Virus record (IMG/VR): IMGVR_UViG_3300042561_002102
Origin: a virus
Taxonomy: Duplodnaviria; Caudoviricetes
Direction: 5' to 3' (one strand)
Length of the DNA: 64,000 nucleotides
Shown here in pieces: positions 28,251-39,426 of the stretch (within the stretch, counting starts at the first letter, position 1; each line of letters opens with the position of its first letter). A model generated the notes under the pieces. It searched no databases. It was given only the letters and a program-made list of their open reading frames with translations, and was not told where the DNA came from. The position numbers and the translations under genes are program-made.

Positions 28251-31200
28251 GTGATAGAAGAAAAACTTATTTTCTTTGATAAAGAAGGTAACCAGATTAA
28301 TACCAAATGGAATGACGAATCCCAAGTGTGGGAGGCTGATTTAATATTTTCTGAAAACTCTTCAGACACCTTTAGAACTTATGGTCTTTATTCATTTGAA
28401 AAAATTGATGCCTTTAATTATCTCTCAGATAAGATGGTGCTTGAAAAATGGCAACTTTTCAATGAAAGAGGATTTGATTACTATGGATCTTCTACTCAAA
28501 GTTACAAAGTATCAAAAATAGAACCAGAGAATAGAGATAACACATTCTATTCTAAATGGATCTATGGTCCTAATTTTGAAAGAAATTTTCCAAAAGGTTC
28601 CTATTTGAGATTTGAAAGTAATATTTTTAATCTAGGAGATACCAATACAATTTATCAAATTATCGATACTAAGAAAGATGCGGTGATGATTATATCAACA
28701 CAAAGTAATTCTAGTTTTTATACAAATTGGTCTGGTTCTTATTCAAATTCAAATACTTACCTAGGTGTTACAGTTTCTGGGGTAAATTTTCTTTCGGTTG
28801 GGGATTATAGATATTCTGATGGTTCAACCAAATTATCAAGTTGGTCAGAACAATATTTCGATAAAAGAGTTTTTAACGGCAGAAAACTAACCGTTGTTAA
28901 TTCTACAGAAAACGACGGCATCTATACTATATTAAATAAAGATCTTAAAGATAGTGAATATACTGAATATTACTTTTTTGAAGACTCAGTAGATACAGAT
29001 GATAATATCATAGCTCGACTAACACTTCTTACAAGACTTCCTATTGTTTACCAGGGAAATATAGGTCTGAGTGGTAGTAATATATTTTTTTCGAATAGTA
29101 TAGGAGATTTTCTAAAGCCAGGGAGCGTATTCTACATACCTGAATCTTCTTTGAATACTTCAACACTTCAAGTTGATAATATCTTAAATTTCAATCAGAT
29201 TCTAACAGGTAGACTTTTTGATCAACGTGATTTGGTTGTTTATAATGGAAAAATTTATCAGTGTATTCAATCTTATACACATAGTATAAACTCACCAGTA
29301 TATCCATCAGATACTCTCTATTGGTCAGATTCACCAGATTATCTACCACTTACCTCAACAGTAACTACAGAAAATTTATCCAATGCTACTATTCAATTAA
29401 ATAATAATGTTTTGATATTTGAGGGTGGAACTTATTCACCAGCAAATATTACTAATACCCAAAACATAGCAAAATTTGTAGATAAGTTTGAAGATGAATT
29501 TCTTAAGTTCGGTCTTATTTTAACATTTGATGGTAGAAAACTACTCGTAAAACCACAATATTCATCGAAATACTTTGATATAAAATTCTATAAGAATAGT
29601 TACCTTACCGAAATCACCTCGAGTGAAATCACATACAATAGAAATTTAGAGATCACTGAAAAACTAGTTCTAGAGAAAAATAGAGATTTTTCCCAAATTT
29701 TCAATTATAATATTTACCTTTCAGATATAGATGATTTTGGTATCGAAATTACTGTAAACTCACAGATTTATCATCAAGATACTGTTTGGGCTTATAATGG
29801 AGTGAGTGTAGATATTGAAAAAACAATAAATCTTACTCTTAAAGCTTGGAGAGATAAACATTTTGCCGAGCTTTCTAAGCTAGGTGTGGTTATTACTCTA
29901 TCAAGTAAATGGGGAACATCCTACTACAACATTATAAATCTATCTAGTTTTTATCCAAATGTCGAGTTAAGATTCTCAGTTAGGGTAGGAACTACAGCAA
30001 AATATGATATTCTCTACTATGTTGGTGAGTTTTCACGCGTAGGGCCAAGATTAGGGTTAGTGCTTAACGGTCAAGAATTTACTGTAACATCAGCAACATC
30101 TAATTCTGGATACTTAGTGAAAGAGACCATCGATAGTTTAATTACAACTTGGCAAGCTTATTTGAATCAATTGGGAGTGTTCATAACAAGAGTTAATGAT
30201 ACTACTATAGAGGTCAATACTCAAGATATTACTAAAATTAGATCCCTTACATTTAATACCTATTTAAACCTTTTGCCTGGTGATTCTGCTGAAAATTATA
30301 TTATCAAAGCAACCGGTAATTTAGGAAATCTTATCACATCAAACGCACTCATTTTGGGTAATTATCTAGGTGTGACTACTAGCAATGTCCAGGATTTTTA
30401 CGATGTGAATTTTTCTTTGGGTATGCCAGTATCTTTACTCAATTCTACTTTTACCTATAATAATCGTGATTATAACATCATAAACTTATTCAGAATGTTT
30501 ATGAATCTGAGTTATGAAGGTCCTTTCTGGTCTTCCCCCTGCAGAGATACGGATAATATTATAGTTAGTTATCCGGATGGATTTACCTATACTTATTGTC
30601 AGCCCTATTCAAATGTTATCGGTGCTGAATTTAGTATAGGCGCTTGGACTAGTTCTTTTTTTACTGGAACTTTTAGTCAAATTTCAAGTTATTTTTTATC
30701 TTCACAAAATATTCTTTCAGGTGCTGTTGATGTGATATACACACCTATTTCACAAAAATATTATGTTTTAAGTAATAGTCTTGAATCATTTGATGCTGTC
30801 TCTAAATATCGTCTAAAAAATATTAATTTAACAGGTAATTCTGGGTCAAGATTCCTAAGAAATAACAGTTACAACGGATATCTTTATGTAGCAACACAGT
30901 TTCTCATTTATAAAATAAATCCGTTCTCAGATGAAATTGTTTCAACTTTTTCAGTTCAAGAACCATATGATCTTGAAGTAAATGAAGTAAATGGTGATAT
31001 TTATCTTACACTTACTTATGAAAATGATTTTCTTATTTATGACAAAAATCACACACTTTTAAAGAATCACGATCTTTTACAAAATGGTAGAAGAATTGAA
31101 ATAAATCCAGTAGAGAAAAAAGTATACGCAACAACACAAACCAACAAACTTGTCGAGATAGATACACAAACAAGAGAAGTTTCAGCTTCTTATTCAATTA

Positions 31201-34007
31201 CTAATTTGGGAAGAGATATATTTTATCACCCACCTTCTTCTACAATTATTGGTCTTGCTAATAATACAATCTATACACTCAAGAGTGGGACAGTTTCAAC
31301 AAGTTATCCTATCACTTTGGATACTACTGGAAATGCCTTTTTCTCCTACAATACAGACAGATCAATTTCAATTCTCATGGATCCAGCAGGAAAATTATAT
31401 GGATTCGATGATGAACTAAATAATGTATATTCGAGTAACTTTGCTAGTAACGGTCGTATTTCAACTAATCCAGTAGATCAAAACTTTTATGTTGGTCTGA
31501 CCAATAAAGCTACTGTTATAAATTCACTTACCGGTCTTACTAGATACTCACTTACTACATCTGCAAATCTTACAACAAATACACACAATCCCCAAAGAAG
31601 AAGTATTTTATTTTTACAACCCTCTTTGAATAAATTAGTTGAGGTGAGTGTTCAAATTGTTATAGCTCAATCATCTATTATTCAGAATTTCGAAGAGATT
31701 GCTGATGAATATTTTGGAGCTCTTTCACAAGACTACATACCTGAGAGTACATATTGGGTAAGAGGCAGAGAATTTATAAGAAAACCAAGAGAAAAATTTG
31801 ATTTTGAAGCTCCATATCCTACACAATTCATCTGGAAATGGAAAGATGTTGTAAATACTGATTTTTTTCTTTTTGATTTTTCTGGAAATTTACTCGAAAC
31901 CACTGGTTCCTATTCATATACAGGTCCGAAACCATTGACTGAAATTGTTCTTAACAAAAAACCAAATAGATATCTAGATAGAGTAAAAGATCCCAAATAT
32001 CAACAAACTATATTTGATGATATTTATTATAGTTTACCCTATAAAAACTCAAATACCGACCTAAGTTTTTTACCACAATCACAAGAAATTTTTATTGGTT
32101 TCAATACAAAAATTGAAGGTGTTAGTCTAAACACACTACAACTTTTCAAAAGAGATGTAGCTACTTTTTCTGTTATACCTACTCTATCAAATAATAATAT
32201 AATTCATTTAAAATTAGATACACGTGATGAAAAGATCATAGGTAAAATTTCTCTCGATTCAAATTCACTAGAAAATTTTCTAGAAGATTCGAATGATGTG
32301 CCAAGAGGTTTCATAATAGGACAAATCATACAAATTAATTTAGTAGATGTAACAAATCTAAAAAATCAATATATTTCTTATAACAACGGATTAAAAGTAA
32401 AAATATTAGAAATATACCCCAAAGAAATTGTAGTCGATTTTCTAGAGGATGCCTTTATACCGGAATCAAACATAGTTTATGATTATCCAGAGAATGGTTC
32501 GAATACTTTTTTGAAAACAACAATTTTTGTTGTTGATAAGTTATTGGCTAAATTTAATTTTCTAGCACAAACAGAAATAGAAGATCCACGTTTTGAGGTT
32601 GAAATTTCAAACACCGGAAAAGATCTATCAACTGAAATTGCTTGGATATTCAAACAATATGATATAAATGAACAGGGTATAGACTGGAATTTTTTGAATC
32701 CAAAAAGAAAAGAATTTCTCTATACTAGAGATGAAATATTCAATTATGTAGGTAGTTATAAAGCTATTATTAATAGTATAAATTATTTTGGATATAATGA
32801 TCTTATCCTCAATGAATACTATAGAAATATTGATCCTGAATCTCAAAATTTTGGTAAACTATTCAAAGTTGAAATACCAGATATTTTTGATAATACAATA
32901 AAGGGTTGGAATGAAAGAGATTTTCTAAAATTCAATCTACCCAATCCTAAGTTTACATCTACGAAATTATTCAATCTAGCCTATAAAATAACTGATAGAG
33001 AAGGGAATTATGTAATTCACTATTCTGTAATAGAAGCTCTTGTAAAATTACACGGATTAAAATTATGGCTTTCAAAAAATGTTATACCGATTACACATCG
33101 TATTTTAGATATTACCGGAGAAGCTAGTTTTGTTGGAACTAATACAGTTACACATAGAAATTATGATGTTAAAATCATTAAAATTTCAGAAGATTTTTCA
33201 CCAATAGATTTTAAAATTAATGAAGCTTACCTACTACCCATAACAAGTGGTTCTTATGTATTCAATGTAGCAGTTGATTTCTTTACTAAATTGACCTTGG
33301 AAGATCCTTTTAGTGTAGAAATACGAACCTATCAAACATTCAAAGAATGGGAACCGTTCAAATCTTATACGATAGGTGATAAGGTTAGATATTTTGATAA
33401 GTTATATGAATCTGTTAAGAATAACAACAAAATTAATAATCCGAGAAAGTATGAAAATACATCAAATTGGAATGAACTTACGAACTATACGCCTGGACAG
33501 ATTACGATTTATGATAATTTAGCCTATATTTATGTTGGAACACAGAGCTTGTTCGATTATTCGACCTTTTCACAAAGTCCTGTAGTAGATACAAACAAAT
33601 GGACAAATATTTCTTATTGGAAAAAAATCGGACTAGAACCTGTTCAATCTATTAATCAATATAAAAACACACTAGATACTTTCAATTTTACTGTTGATAC
33701 AACGGTTGATCCTTTTATTACTCTAAAAACAATATCTGAAAATGGTAGAGGCGGATATTATATTGTTAAGAAAAACTATGAAATAAGATGGCTTGACGAT
33801 AAAACACAACCAGTTCTTATTCTAGCCGAAGATCCACTACCTGATAGAACTTTATATACAACCACTACGACTTCTACAACAACAACTTGTCCAGATAATT
33901 GTATCAACTATCAGTTCTGTGAAGATATTAACTTTACCTGGTATTTCTGTAGGAATGATGATTTTTCATATTGTGTGGATGATTTTACCTATTCAACAAC
34001 ATCTTAA
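28251..34007 (+). CDS. Very large structural protein, probable baseplate wedge/tail component with beta-propeller and CBM-like repeats
   Basis: 1918 aa; GSYKAIINSINYFGY resembles tail/baseplate KGT..(I) motifs; YVTN-like blades (PYDLEVNEVNGDIYL, RRIEINPVEKKVYAT); W..F..YTIGDKVRY...YES CBM5/12-like repeats. Confidence 0.55.
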   Translation: MIEEKLIFFDKEGNQINTKWNDESQVWEADLIFSENSSDTFRTYGLYSFEKIDAFNYLSDKMVLEKWQLFNERGFDYYGSSTQSYKVSKIEPENRDNTFYSKWIYGPNFERNFPKGSYLRFESNIFNLGDTNTIYQIIDTKKDAVMIISTQSNSSFYTNWSGSYSNSNTYLGVTVSGVNFLSVGDYRYSDGSTKLSSWSEQYFDKRVFNGRKLTVVNSTENDGIYTILNKDLKDSEYTEYYFFEDSVDTDDNIIARLTLLTRLPIVYQGNIGLSGSNIFFSNSIGDFLKPGSVFYIPESSLNTSTLQVDNILNFNQILTGRLFDQRDLVVYNGKIYQCIQSYTHSINSPVYPSDTLYWSDSPDYLPLTSTVTTENLSNATIQLNNNVLIFEGGTYSPANITNTQNIAKFVDKFEDEFLKFGLILTFDGRKLLVKPQYSSKYFDIKFYKNSYLTEITSSEITYNRNLEITEKLVLEKNRDFSQIFNYNIYLSDIDDFGIEITVNSQIYHQDTVWAYNGVSVDIEKTINLTLKAWRDKHFAELSKLGVVITLSSKWGTSYYNIINLSSFYPNVELRFSVRVGTTAKYDILYYVGEFSRVGPRLGLVLNGQEFTVTSATSNSGYLVKETIDSLITTWQAYLNQLGVFITRVNDTTIEVNTQDITKIRSLTFNTYLNLLPGDSAENYIIKATGNLGNLITSNALILGNYLGVTTSNVQDFYDVNFSLGMPVSLLNSTFTYNNRDYNIINLFRMFMNLSYEGPFWSSPCRDTDNIIVSYPDGFTYTYCQPYSNVIGAEFSIGAWTSSFFTGTFSQISSYFLSSQNILSGAVDVIYTPISQKYYVLSNSLESFDAVSKYRLKNINLTGNSGSRFLRNNSYNGYLYVATQFLIYKINPFSDEIVSTFSVQEPYDLEVNEVNGDIYLTLTYENDFLIYDKNHTLLKNHDLLQNGRRIEINPVEKKVYATTQTNKLVEIDTQTREVSASYSITNLGRDIFYHPPSSTIIGLANNTIYTLKSGTVSTSYPITLDTTGNAFFSYNTDRSISILMDPAGKLYGFDDELNNVYSSNFASNGRISTNPVDQNFYVGLTNKATVINSLTGLTRYSLTTSANLTTNTHNPQRRSILFLQPSLNKLVEVSVQIVIAQSSIIQNFEEIADEYFGALSQDYIPESTYWVRGREFIRKPREKFDFEAPYPTQFIWKWKDVVNTDFFLFDFSGNLLETTGSYSYTGPKPLTEIVLNKKPNRYLDRVKDPKYQQTIFDDIYYSLPYKNSNTDLSFLPQSQEIFIGFNTKIEGVSLNTLQLFKRDVATFSVIPTLSNNNIIHLKLDTRDEKIIGKISLDSNSLENFLEDSNDVPRGFIIGQIIQINLVDVTNLKNQYISYNNGLKVKILEIYPKEIVVDFLEDAFIPESNIVYDYPENGSNTFLKTTIFVVDKLLAKFNFLAQTEIEDPRFEVEISNTGKDLSTEIAWIFKQYDINEQGIDWNFLNPKRKEFLYTRDEIFNYVGSYKAIINSINYFGYNDLILNEYYRNIDPESQNFGKLFKVEIPDIFDNTIKGWNERDFLKFNLPNPKFTSTKLFNLAYKITDREGNYVIHYSVIEALVKLHGLKLWLSKNVIPITHRILDITGEASFVGTNTVTHRNYDVKIIKISEDFSPIDFKINEAYLLPITSGSYVFNVAVDFFTKLTLEDPFSVEIRTYQTFKEWEPFKSYTIGDKVRYFDKLYESVKNNNKINNPRKYENTSNWNELTNYTPGQITIYDNLAYIYVGTQSLFDYSTFSQSPVVDTNKWTNISYWKKIGLEPVQSINQYKNTLDTFNFTVDTTVDPFITLKTISENGRGGYYIVKKNYEIRWLDDKTQPVLILAEDPLPDRTLYTTTTTSTTTTCPDNCINYQFCEDINFTWYFCRNDDFSYCVDDFTYSTTS

Positions 34008-34067
34008 AAAAAAATATAGAGTTAGGATATAGAAAAATTTTATATATAATCAAAAAGTGTTAAATAA

Positions 34068-34712
34068 ATGGCAATAGTAACTTGGAATACAGCAAATCAA
34101 AATAATTGCACACTTACCTATACATCCAATTTAGGTGGTTCGATAACTGCTACAGCTGGTAATCCGTCCTTCCCTTGGGTATTCAATCCGACAGATTATG
34201 GTCTAACTTCAAATGATATTTATGGCACTTATAGCTTTAATTGTAGTGGTTGTATTTATACTAGATTTTTAAATACACCTTCTACAACTACTACTACTAC
34301 TTCTACAACCACAGTAGCTCCAGCTAGCTCTACCCCAACACCAACTGTTACCAAAACACCAACAATTACACCCACACCAACTATCACTGGAACACCGGGA
34401 ACATCGCCATCGAATACACCAACAGAAACACCAACAGAAACACCGACACCTAGTGTCACCGGAACTCCAAATGCTTCACCTAGCCAAACACCAACAGAAA
34501 CACCAACAGAAACACCGACACCTAGTGTCACCGGAACTCCAAATGCTTCACCTAGCCAAACACCAACTGAAACACCAACAGAAACTCCAACACCAACAGT
34601 GACAGAAACACCTACATCAACACCAACCCAAACCGTAACTATGACACCTAGTCAAACACCAACTACATCAGCCACAACATTATGTGCACCAGTCAGATTA
34701 ACACTACTATAA
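34068..34712 (+). CDS. Thr/Pro-rich protein with conserved Cys N-cap
   Basis: NCTL...[11 protein letters not shown]...[10 protein letters not shown] followed by TP repeats. Confidence 0.65.
   Translation: MAIVTWNTANQNNCTLTYTSNLGGSITATAGNPSFPWVFNPTDYGLTSNDIYGTYSFNCSGCIYTRFLNTPSTTTTTTSTTTVAPASSTPTPTVTKTPTITPTPTITGTPGTSPSNTPTETPTETPTPSVTGTPNASPSQTPTETPTETPTPSVTGTPNASPSQTPTETPTETPTPTVTETPTSTPTQTVTMTPSQTPTTSATTLCAPVRLTLL
34416..34559 (+). repeat. Perfect 72-nt tandem duplication (24 aa x2)
   Basis: Unit encoding [24 protein letters not shown] at 34416-34487 and 34488-34559. Confidence 0.9.
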
Positions 34713-34735
34713 AATTAATAATATAAAATACATGA

Positions 34736-37700
34736 ATGGCAACATTCTCAGCGATAGAAAACTATTATGGAATCACCTCGAGTGCTAATGTCAATATATT
34801 TGGCGGTAAGTATATCGATTGCTCTATATGTAATGCCTTCATATCAGATTCTAAACTTCAAAATTGTTCATTAGATAATGATTTTGTTGAAAGAACAATA
34901 GTCATAGATACCAAGTTTACTGAATCGATTGTTAAAGATTCAGATATTGAATCTAGCAATTCCATTATTGTAAAAACAGTTGATATTTGGACTTTTTTAC
35001 CAAGTGCAACATCAAGTGATTTAGATAATGCGACTGGTGTTCTAAAGATTTATGTGAATGATTTTGATATTGAAAAGTTTAATATTTTCGATTCTATTTA
35101 TACAACTAACTTAAATAAGAAGAACCTTATTCAAAATCTTAATTTAGATCAAATTATAGAACTACCCTATGAAACAAGATGGGTGTTCAATAACTTTTTG
35201 AATGATGATATATCGAATGATTTGATATCTGTTACATTCAAAAAATCTGATGAAAATAAATATAAGACTATTGTTATAAATGAATTAGATATTTATAATA
35301 GTTTTACATATTTAAATGATCTATTAGACGAGAACAACAAACCCTACGGTTCAATTGATATTGAAATTGGAAACTATTTAGCTAATAGCTATTTTGGTTT
35401 AAGACACTATATTGATTTTCATATTGACGTATATTCTAGACCAATACTTATTTCGGCTACTGTTTCTTTTGTGCCTTTACTTGATGTAGATACTTCAATA
35501 AGTTTAAATTTAGTAATTAAAAATAGTTCACTTATTGACGTAAGTTTACCAAGTACATATTTTATAGCTAAGCAAAATAACTCAACATTCAAAGTAACAA
35601 ATACTCTTCGTAACTTCATTTTGGATACCTCAACATATTCAATTAGTTATTCAATATCTAGTGATACGAGGGTTAGTTGGGTTCCACGTTTTCATGTAAG
35701 GCTCATACCTGGGGATCCTCTCTGTGAATGTTGTACATCGACTACAACACTACCGGTTTGTGCAACAGATTTATTTACTTACTCTATTATACTTGGATGT
35801 GCTCTAGATGATTTTACATATTCTTTTGTTTTACCAACACCTACACCGACAATTACATCAACGAACACACCTACAACTACTCCAACTGAAACACCTATTA
35901 CTTCTGCTTCGTCTACTCCAACGGAAACACCTACACCAACAGTAACAAAAACACCATCCACATCACCGTCACAAACACCAACGAATACACCTACATTATC
36001 AGTAACACCTACTATAACACAAACTATTTCTGAGACACCAACACTCACACCAACAAATACTCAAACACCAACGAATACACCTACATTATCGGTAACACCT
36101 ACTGTAACACAAACTATTTCTGAGACACCAACAAATACACCTACATTATCGGTAACACCTACTATAACACAAACTATTTCGGAAACACCTACAGAAACTC
36201 CTACCAATACACCAACTGTTACTATAACAAAAACACCAGGACTTTCTGATACACCTACACCAACTATAACTGATACTCCAACTCAAACCCCCACGAATAC
36301 ACCAACACTAACCTCTACTCCAACTCTCACTCCTACAAAGAGTTTAACACCAACCCCTACTCAAACACCAACTCTCACACCTACAAGTAGTTTAACACAG
36401 ACCCCTACAAATACACCAACACTTACACAAACACCAACTCTCACACCTACAAGTAGTTTAACACAGACCCCTACAAATACACCAACACTTACACAAACAC
36501 CAACTACCACCTCATCATTGACCCCGACACCAACTGTTACTGAAACTCCAACCGAAACACCAACCGAAACACCAACACCTACACCAACACCGATAGATGA
36601 ACAGCAACAATCAGTCTATTTTTACGGGAATCAGGGATACGGTTCTGGAGAAGGTTCTTATCTATCGTTCTCAAACACAACATTTATGAGCTTAACTGGA
36701 TCTTTAATGGACGGAACACCAACCGTAGTTCCGAAATTTACATTATCTATGTGGATCGAACCAGATTGGACACCGGGGTTAGGATATCCAGCCTATCTAT
36801 TCGAATTGAGAACACAGGAATATCCGATAGCTTATGGGATCACAGGAAGTCAAATGAGAATTTATTATGATGCAGAGACCGGGTATAATGCAGTGCAGAT
36901 GAGCTTAGAGTATTTTATAGATGGAAAGTCTGCATCTACATATATGAATTGGATACTTTCTACTGGTAGTAACGCCGATATAACAGGTATCTACGCTACT
37001 GGCCAATCATCTTGGAATTCATCGACTAGTCCTACATTTTCTATGCTCACTTTTGTTATGGATGGTGATCAGACTGGAATTACAAATCAGTTCAGAATGT
37101 TCTGGAATGGATTTACTCTTTCTGGAACGGGTAGTGCGACACCGGGGTTTGTTGCCGAAGAATCTGTGTATAGTTTTTACTCATCCAATAGATCAAGTTA
37201 CATACCGGCAACCATGAGTGGCGTATTAGGTGCTTACTTTTGGCCAAGAGCTTTCTGGGCTGATAACCTATTCTTCTACTGGAATTCTCTTTCTCAACAG
37301 CAGATTAGAGACCAATTGTGGAACACTTCTCAACCACTTTGTAACTATTCAAATCTATTCACTGGATCCTTATATTGGAACTTTAATTCCAACATGAATC
37401 CATACAGATCGGTTGGTAACCAACTAACTCTATCACCGGTGGGTGTAATACTTGATGCACCTACAATCTCAACAACTCATTCGGTTTCGTGTGTTACTCA
37501 GCTGTTGGATAATGTTTGGACTAATGTTTATGATAATTACTTTGGATGTGCTAACTATGTCAGAGGTGTCTATTGTGATGGATCTGGAGATCAATCATGT
37601 ATGTCGTCACCCGATACTTACTATACAGACTATAACATTGGTTCAGAAGATAGGTTCTATCTAGGAATGACTTTCTATTCTGATGCTGCACTTTCTACAC

Positions 37701-37828
37701 CTGTATCACTAGGGGGCACTTGGTATTTTGCCTTCACTCTTAGTGTTGCTCCTGGTAGTGGAACTCTTTATGAAATGAATAATTACAATCTTTCTGCCAC
37801 ATATAGTTTGGGCGAAAGTTGTGTATAG
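34736..37828 (+). CDS. Large Thr/Pro-rich modular protein with LamG/concanavalin-like C-terminal region
   Basis: ~250-aa TP linker; FTLSMWIEP and [10 protein letters not shown]...FRMFWNG LamG-like strands; C-terminal [10 protein letters not shown] domain. Confidence 0.6.
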   Translation: MATFSAIENYYGITSSANVNIFGGKYIDCSICNAFISDSKLQNCSLDNDFVERTIVIDTKFTESIVKDSDIESSNSIIVKTVDIWTFLPSATSSDLDNATGVLKIYVNDFDIEKFNIFDSIYTTNLNKKNLIQNLNLDQIIELPYETRWVFNNFLNDDISNDLISVTFKKSDENKYKTIVINELDIYNSFTYLNDLLDENNKPYGSIDIEIGNYLANSYFGLRHYIDFHIDVYSRPILISATVSFVPLLDVDTSISLNLVIKNSSLIDVSLPSTYFIAKQNNSTFKVTNTLRNFILDTSTYSISYSISSDTRVSWVPRFHVRLIPGDPLCECCTSTTTLPVCATDLFTYSIILGCALDDFTYSFVLPTPTPTITSTNTPTTTPTETPITSASSTPTETPTPTVTKTPSTSPSQTPTNTPTLSVTPTITQTISETPTLTPTNTQTPTNTPTLSVTPTVTQTISETPTNTPTLSVTPTITQTISETPTETPTNTPTVTITKTPGLSDTPTPTITDTPTQTPTNTPTLTSTPTLTPTKSLTPTPTQTPTLTPTSSLTQTPTNTPTLTQTPTLTPTSSLTQTPTNTPTLTQTPTTTSSLTPTPTVTETPTETPTETPTPTPTPIDEQQQSVYFYGNQGYGSGEGSYLSFSNTTFMSLTGSLMDGTPTVVPKFTLSMWIEPDWTPGLGYPAYLFELRTQEYPIAYGITGSQMRIYYDAETGYNAVQMSLEYFIDGKSASTYMNWILSTGSNADITGIYATGQSSWNSSTSPTFSMLTFVMDGDQTGITNQFRMFWNGFTLSGTGSATPGFVAEESVYSFYSSNRSSYIPATMSGVLGAYFWPRAFWADNLFFYWNSLSQQQIRDQLWNTSQPLCNYSNLFTGSLYWNFNSNMNPYRSVGNQLTLSPVGVILDAPTISTTHSVSCVTQLLDNVWTNVYDNYFGCANYVRGVYCDGSGDQSCMSSPDTYYTDYNIGSEDRFYLGMTFYSDAALSTPVSLGGTWYFAFTLSVAPGSGTLYEMNNYNLSATYSLGESCV
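35981..36190 (+). repeat. Three near-identical 60-nt coding repeats ([20 protein letters not shown])
   Basis: Copies at 35981-36040, 36071-36130 and 36131-36190. Confidence 0.85.
36362..36505 (+). repeat. 66-nt tandem repeat ([22 protein letters not shown] x2 plus partial)
   Basis: Identical units at 36362-36427 and 36428-36493. Confidence 0.85.
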
Positions 37829-37849
37829 TAAATATATAACCTAAAAAAA

Positions 37850-38653
37850 ATGGCAAGAACCAGATTTAACTCACCAAACATAGGAAATTGTTCTCTTGTC
37901 TACTACTCAGATCTTGGATCTACTCTAAGTGTAAGTGGGCCAATATATTTTCCCTGGTCATTTGATCCCACACTCTATGGTTTGACTGCCACAGATTTGA
38001 ACGGCACTTATAGTTTTCTTTGTAATGGTTGTGCTTATGTAGTTTCTGTGACAGAGTATAGTCCAGCATTGACACCGACACCTACAAAAACTTTAACACC
38101 AACACCAACACTTACACAGACACCTACTATAACATCCACAGTAACTGTAACACAGACCTCAACACAAACGAATACTATAACACCTACAGAAACACCAACT
38201 GTGACTCCAACACCAACTATTACTTCAACACCAACAATCACAAATTCCTCAACACCGACCCCTTCAATTACACCAACTCTTGAAACTTCATCAACACCAA
38301 CACCCACCGTAACTAACACACCTACTGAAACACCAACAAATACACCTAGCTCTACTATTACAAATACACCAACAATCACACCTACACCAACACTTACACC
38401 TACTATATCTTTGACTCCTACCCTAACACCAACACCAACTTGTCCTGCTTGCTACGAATACGAAATAAGTCAAGTTGGAAAAGCTAGTGGTGGTGAATAT
38501 TCTATGATCTTATGTAGCGGAACACTGACTTCGGTAACAGTTAGTTTAGGTAATACATTCTCTACTGGCTGCCTAAAAGAAGGAACAATTACACTTACCT
38601 CTGGTGTTCAGGGTGATATAACACAAGGTGTTAATTGTGGATCGGCTTGCTAA
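37850..38653 (+). CDS. Thr/Pro-rich protein with conserved Cys N-cap and Cys-rich C-terminal domain
   Basis: NCSL...FPWSFDPTLYG...GTYSFLCNGC, TP linker, CPACYEY...LCSG...GCLKEG...NCGSAC. Confidence 0.65.
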   Translation: MARTRFNSPNIGNCSLVYYSDLGSTLSVSGPIYFPWSFDPTLYGLTATDLNGTYSFLCNGCAYVVSVTEYSPALTPTPTKTLTPTPTLTQTPTITSTVTVTQTSTQTNTITPTETPTVTPTPTITSTPTITNSSTPTPSITPTLETSSTPTPTVTNTPTETPTNTPSSTITNTPTITPTPTLTPTISLTPTLTPTPTCPACYEYEISQVGKASGGEYSMILCSGTLTSVTVSLGNTFSTGCLKEGTITLTSGVQGDITQGVNCGSAC

Positions 38654-39384
38654 TCCAAGCTATACATATAATCGTAAGCTTTTGATTTAATCTCTAGAAG
38701 TTTTCCGATATATCCATTTCTACGAAGAAGCTTAAAGACTAAATTTTCAATTGAAAATTCTCCTGATTTTTCAAGTGATGATTTTCTAGCATCTTTAATT
38801 TTTTTCCAAATCTTTCTGAATCTTTGAGATATCTCTTCGTAATCCTTTGTTCTTTCGAGATCGAATCCTAACTCATCAATATCGTTCATTATTTTAGAAG
38901 CTTTTGTTTTGATGAGCTCTTCATCTGGCTTAAAATTTGATAAACTTGGTTTAATAATCCATTTATTTTTAAGTATTGAAAATTGACCTGATGGTGTTCC
39001 CTTGTGAGATACATCTTGAATAAAACTCTCCACGTTGTAACCTTTTATTTTAATATCATGCTTTTCGTTCCAAATTTTACGAACTGAATCCATATACTTC
39101 TCAACAAGTTCATATTCTTTGTTGACATCTAAAAAATCAATAACAATGTGCAGATCAATATCAGAATATTTAGACCAGTTGTAGTTTGCTAAACTGCCTG
39201 TAAAAACAATATCTTCAATTTCAATACTCATTTCTAGACTATCAATAATATCAGTGGCTATTTTAATAAGATTGCCTCTAACTTCGGTATCGAGTTCCAT
39301 TTTATCGTTCCAGAATTTCTTATTGAGCTCTTTTTGAAGATAGAAAGATTTTATAGGTGTAAATTTTTTAGTTCTGCTTATCAT
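38650..39384 (-). CDS. Pol-beta superfamily nucleotidyltransferase
   Basis: FTGSLANYNWSKYSDIDLHIV (GS...DxD) plus a third acidic residue in VESFIQD. Confidence 0.8.
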   Translation of the reverse strand: MISRTKKFTPIKSFYLQKELNKKFWNDKMELDTEVRGNLIKIATDIIDSLEMSIEIEDIVFTGSLANYNWSKYSDIDLHIVIDFLDVNKEYELVEKYMDSVRKIWNEKHDIKIKGYNVESFIQDVSHKGTPSGQFSILKNKWIIKPSLSNFKPDEELIKTKASKIMNDIDELGFDLERTKDYEEISQRFRKIWKKIKDARKSSLEKSGEFSIENLVFKLLRRNGYIGKLLEIKSKAYDYMYSLD

Positions 39385-39426
39385 AAATTGTGATATAAAT
39401 TTTTAATATATATTAAATCTTAAACT

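Noticed and set aside
34712-34736. Programmed frameshift or read-through joining the 214-aa and 1030-aa ORFs
   Set aside because: No slippery site or frame-continuity evidence that I can support; the downstream ORF has its own ATG with an A-rich leader.
34416-36505. Direct repeats as a possible CRISPR array or DGR template/variable pair
   Set aside because: The units are contiguous, in-frame coding repeats with no unique spacers; no reverse transcriptase or adenine-specific mismatch pattern is seen.
26690-38379. Val/Gly-rich antisense ORFs (26690, 34256, 35779, 38035)
   Set aside because: Reverse-complement shadows of Thr/Pro repeats (ACN/CCN codons give stop-free VG frames).
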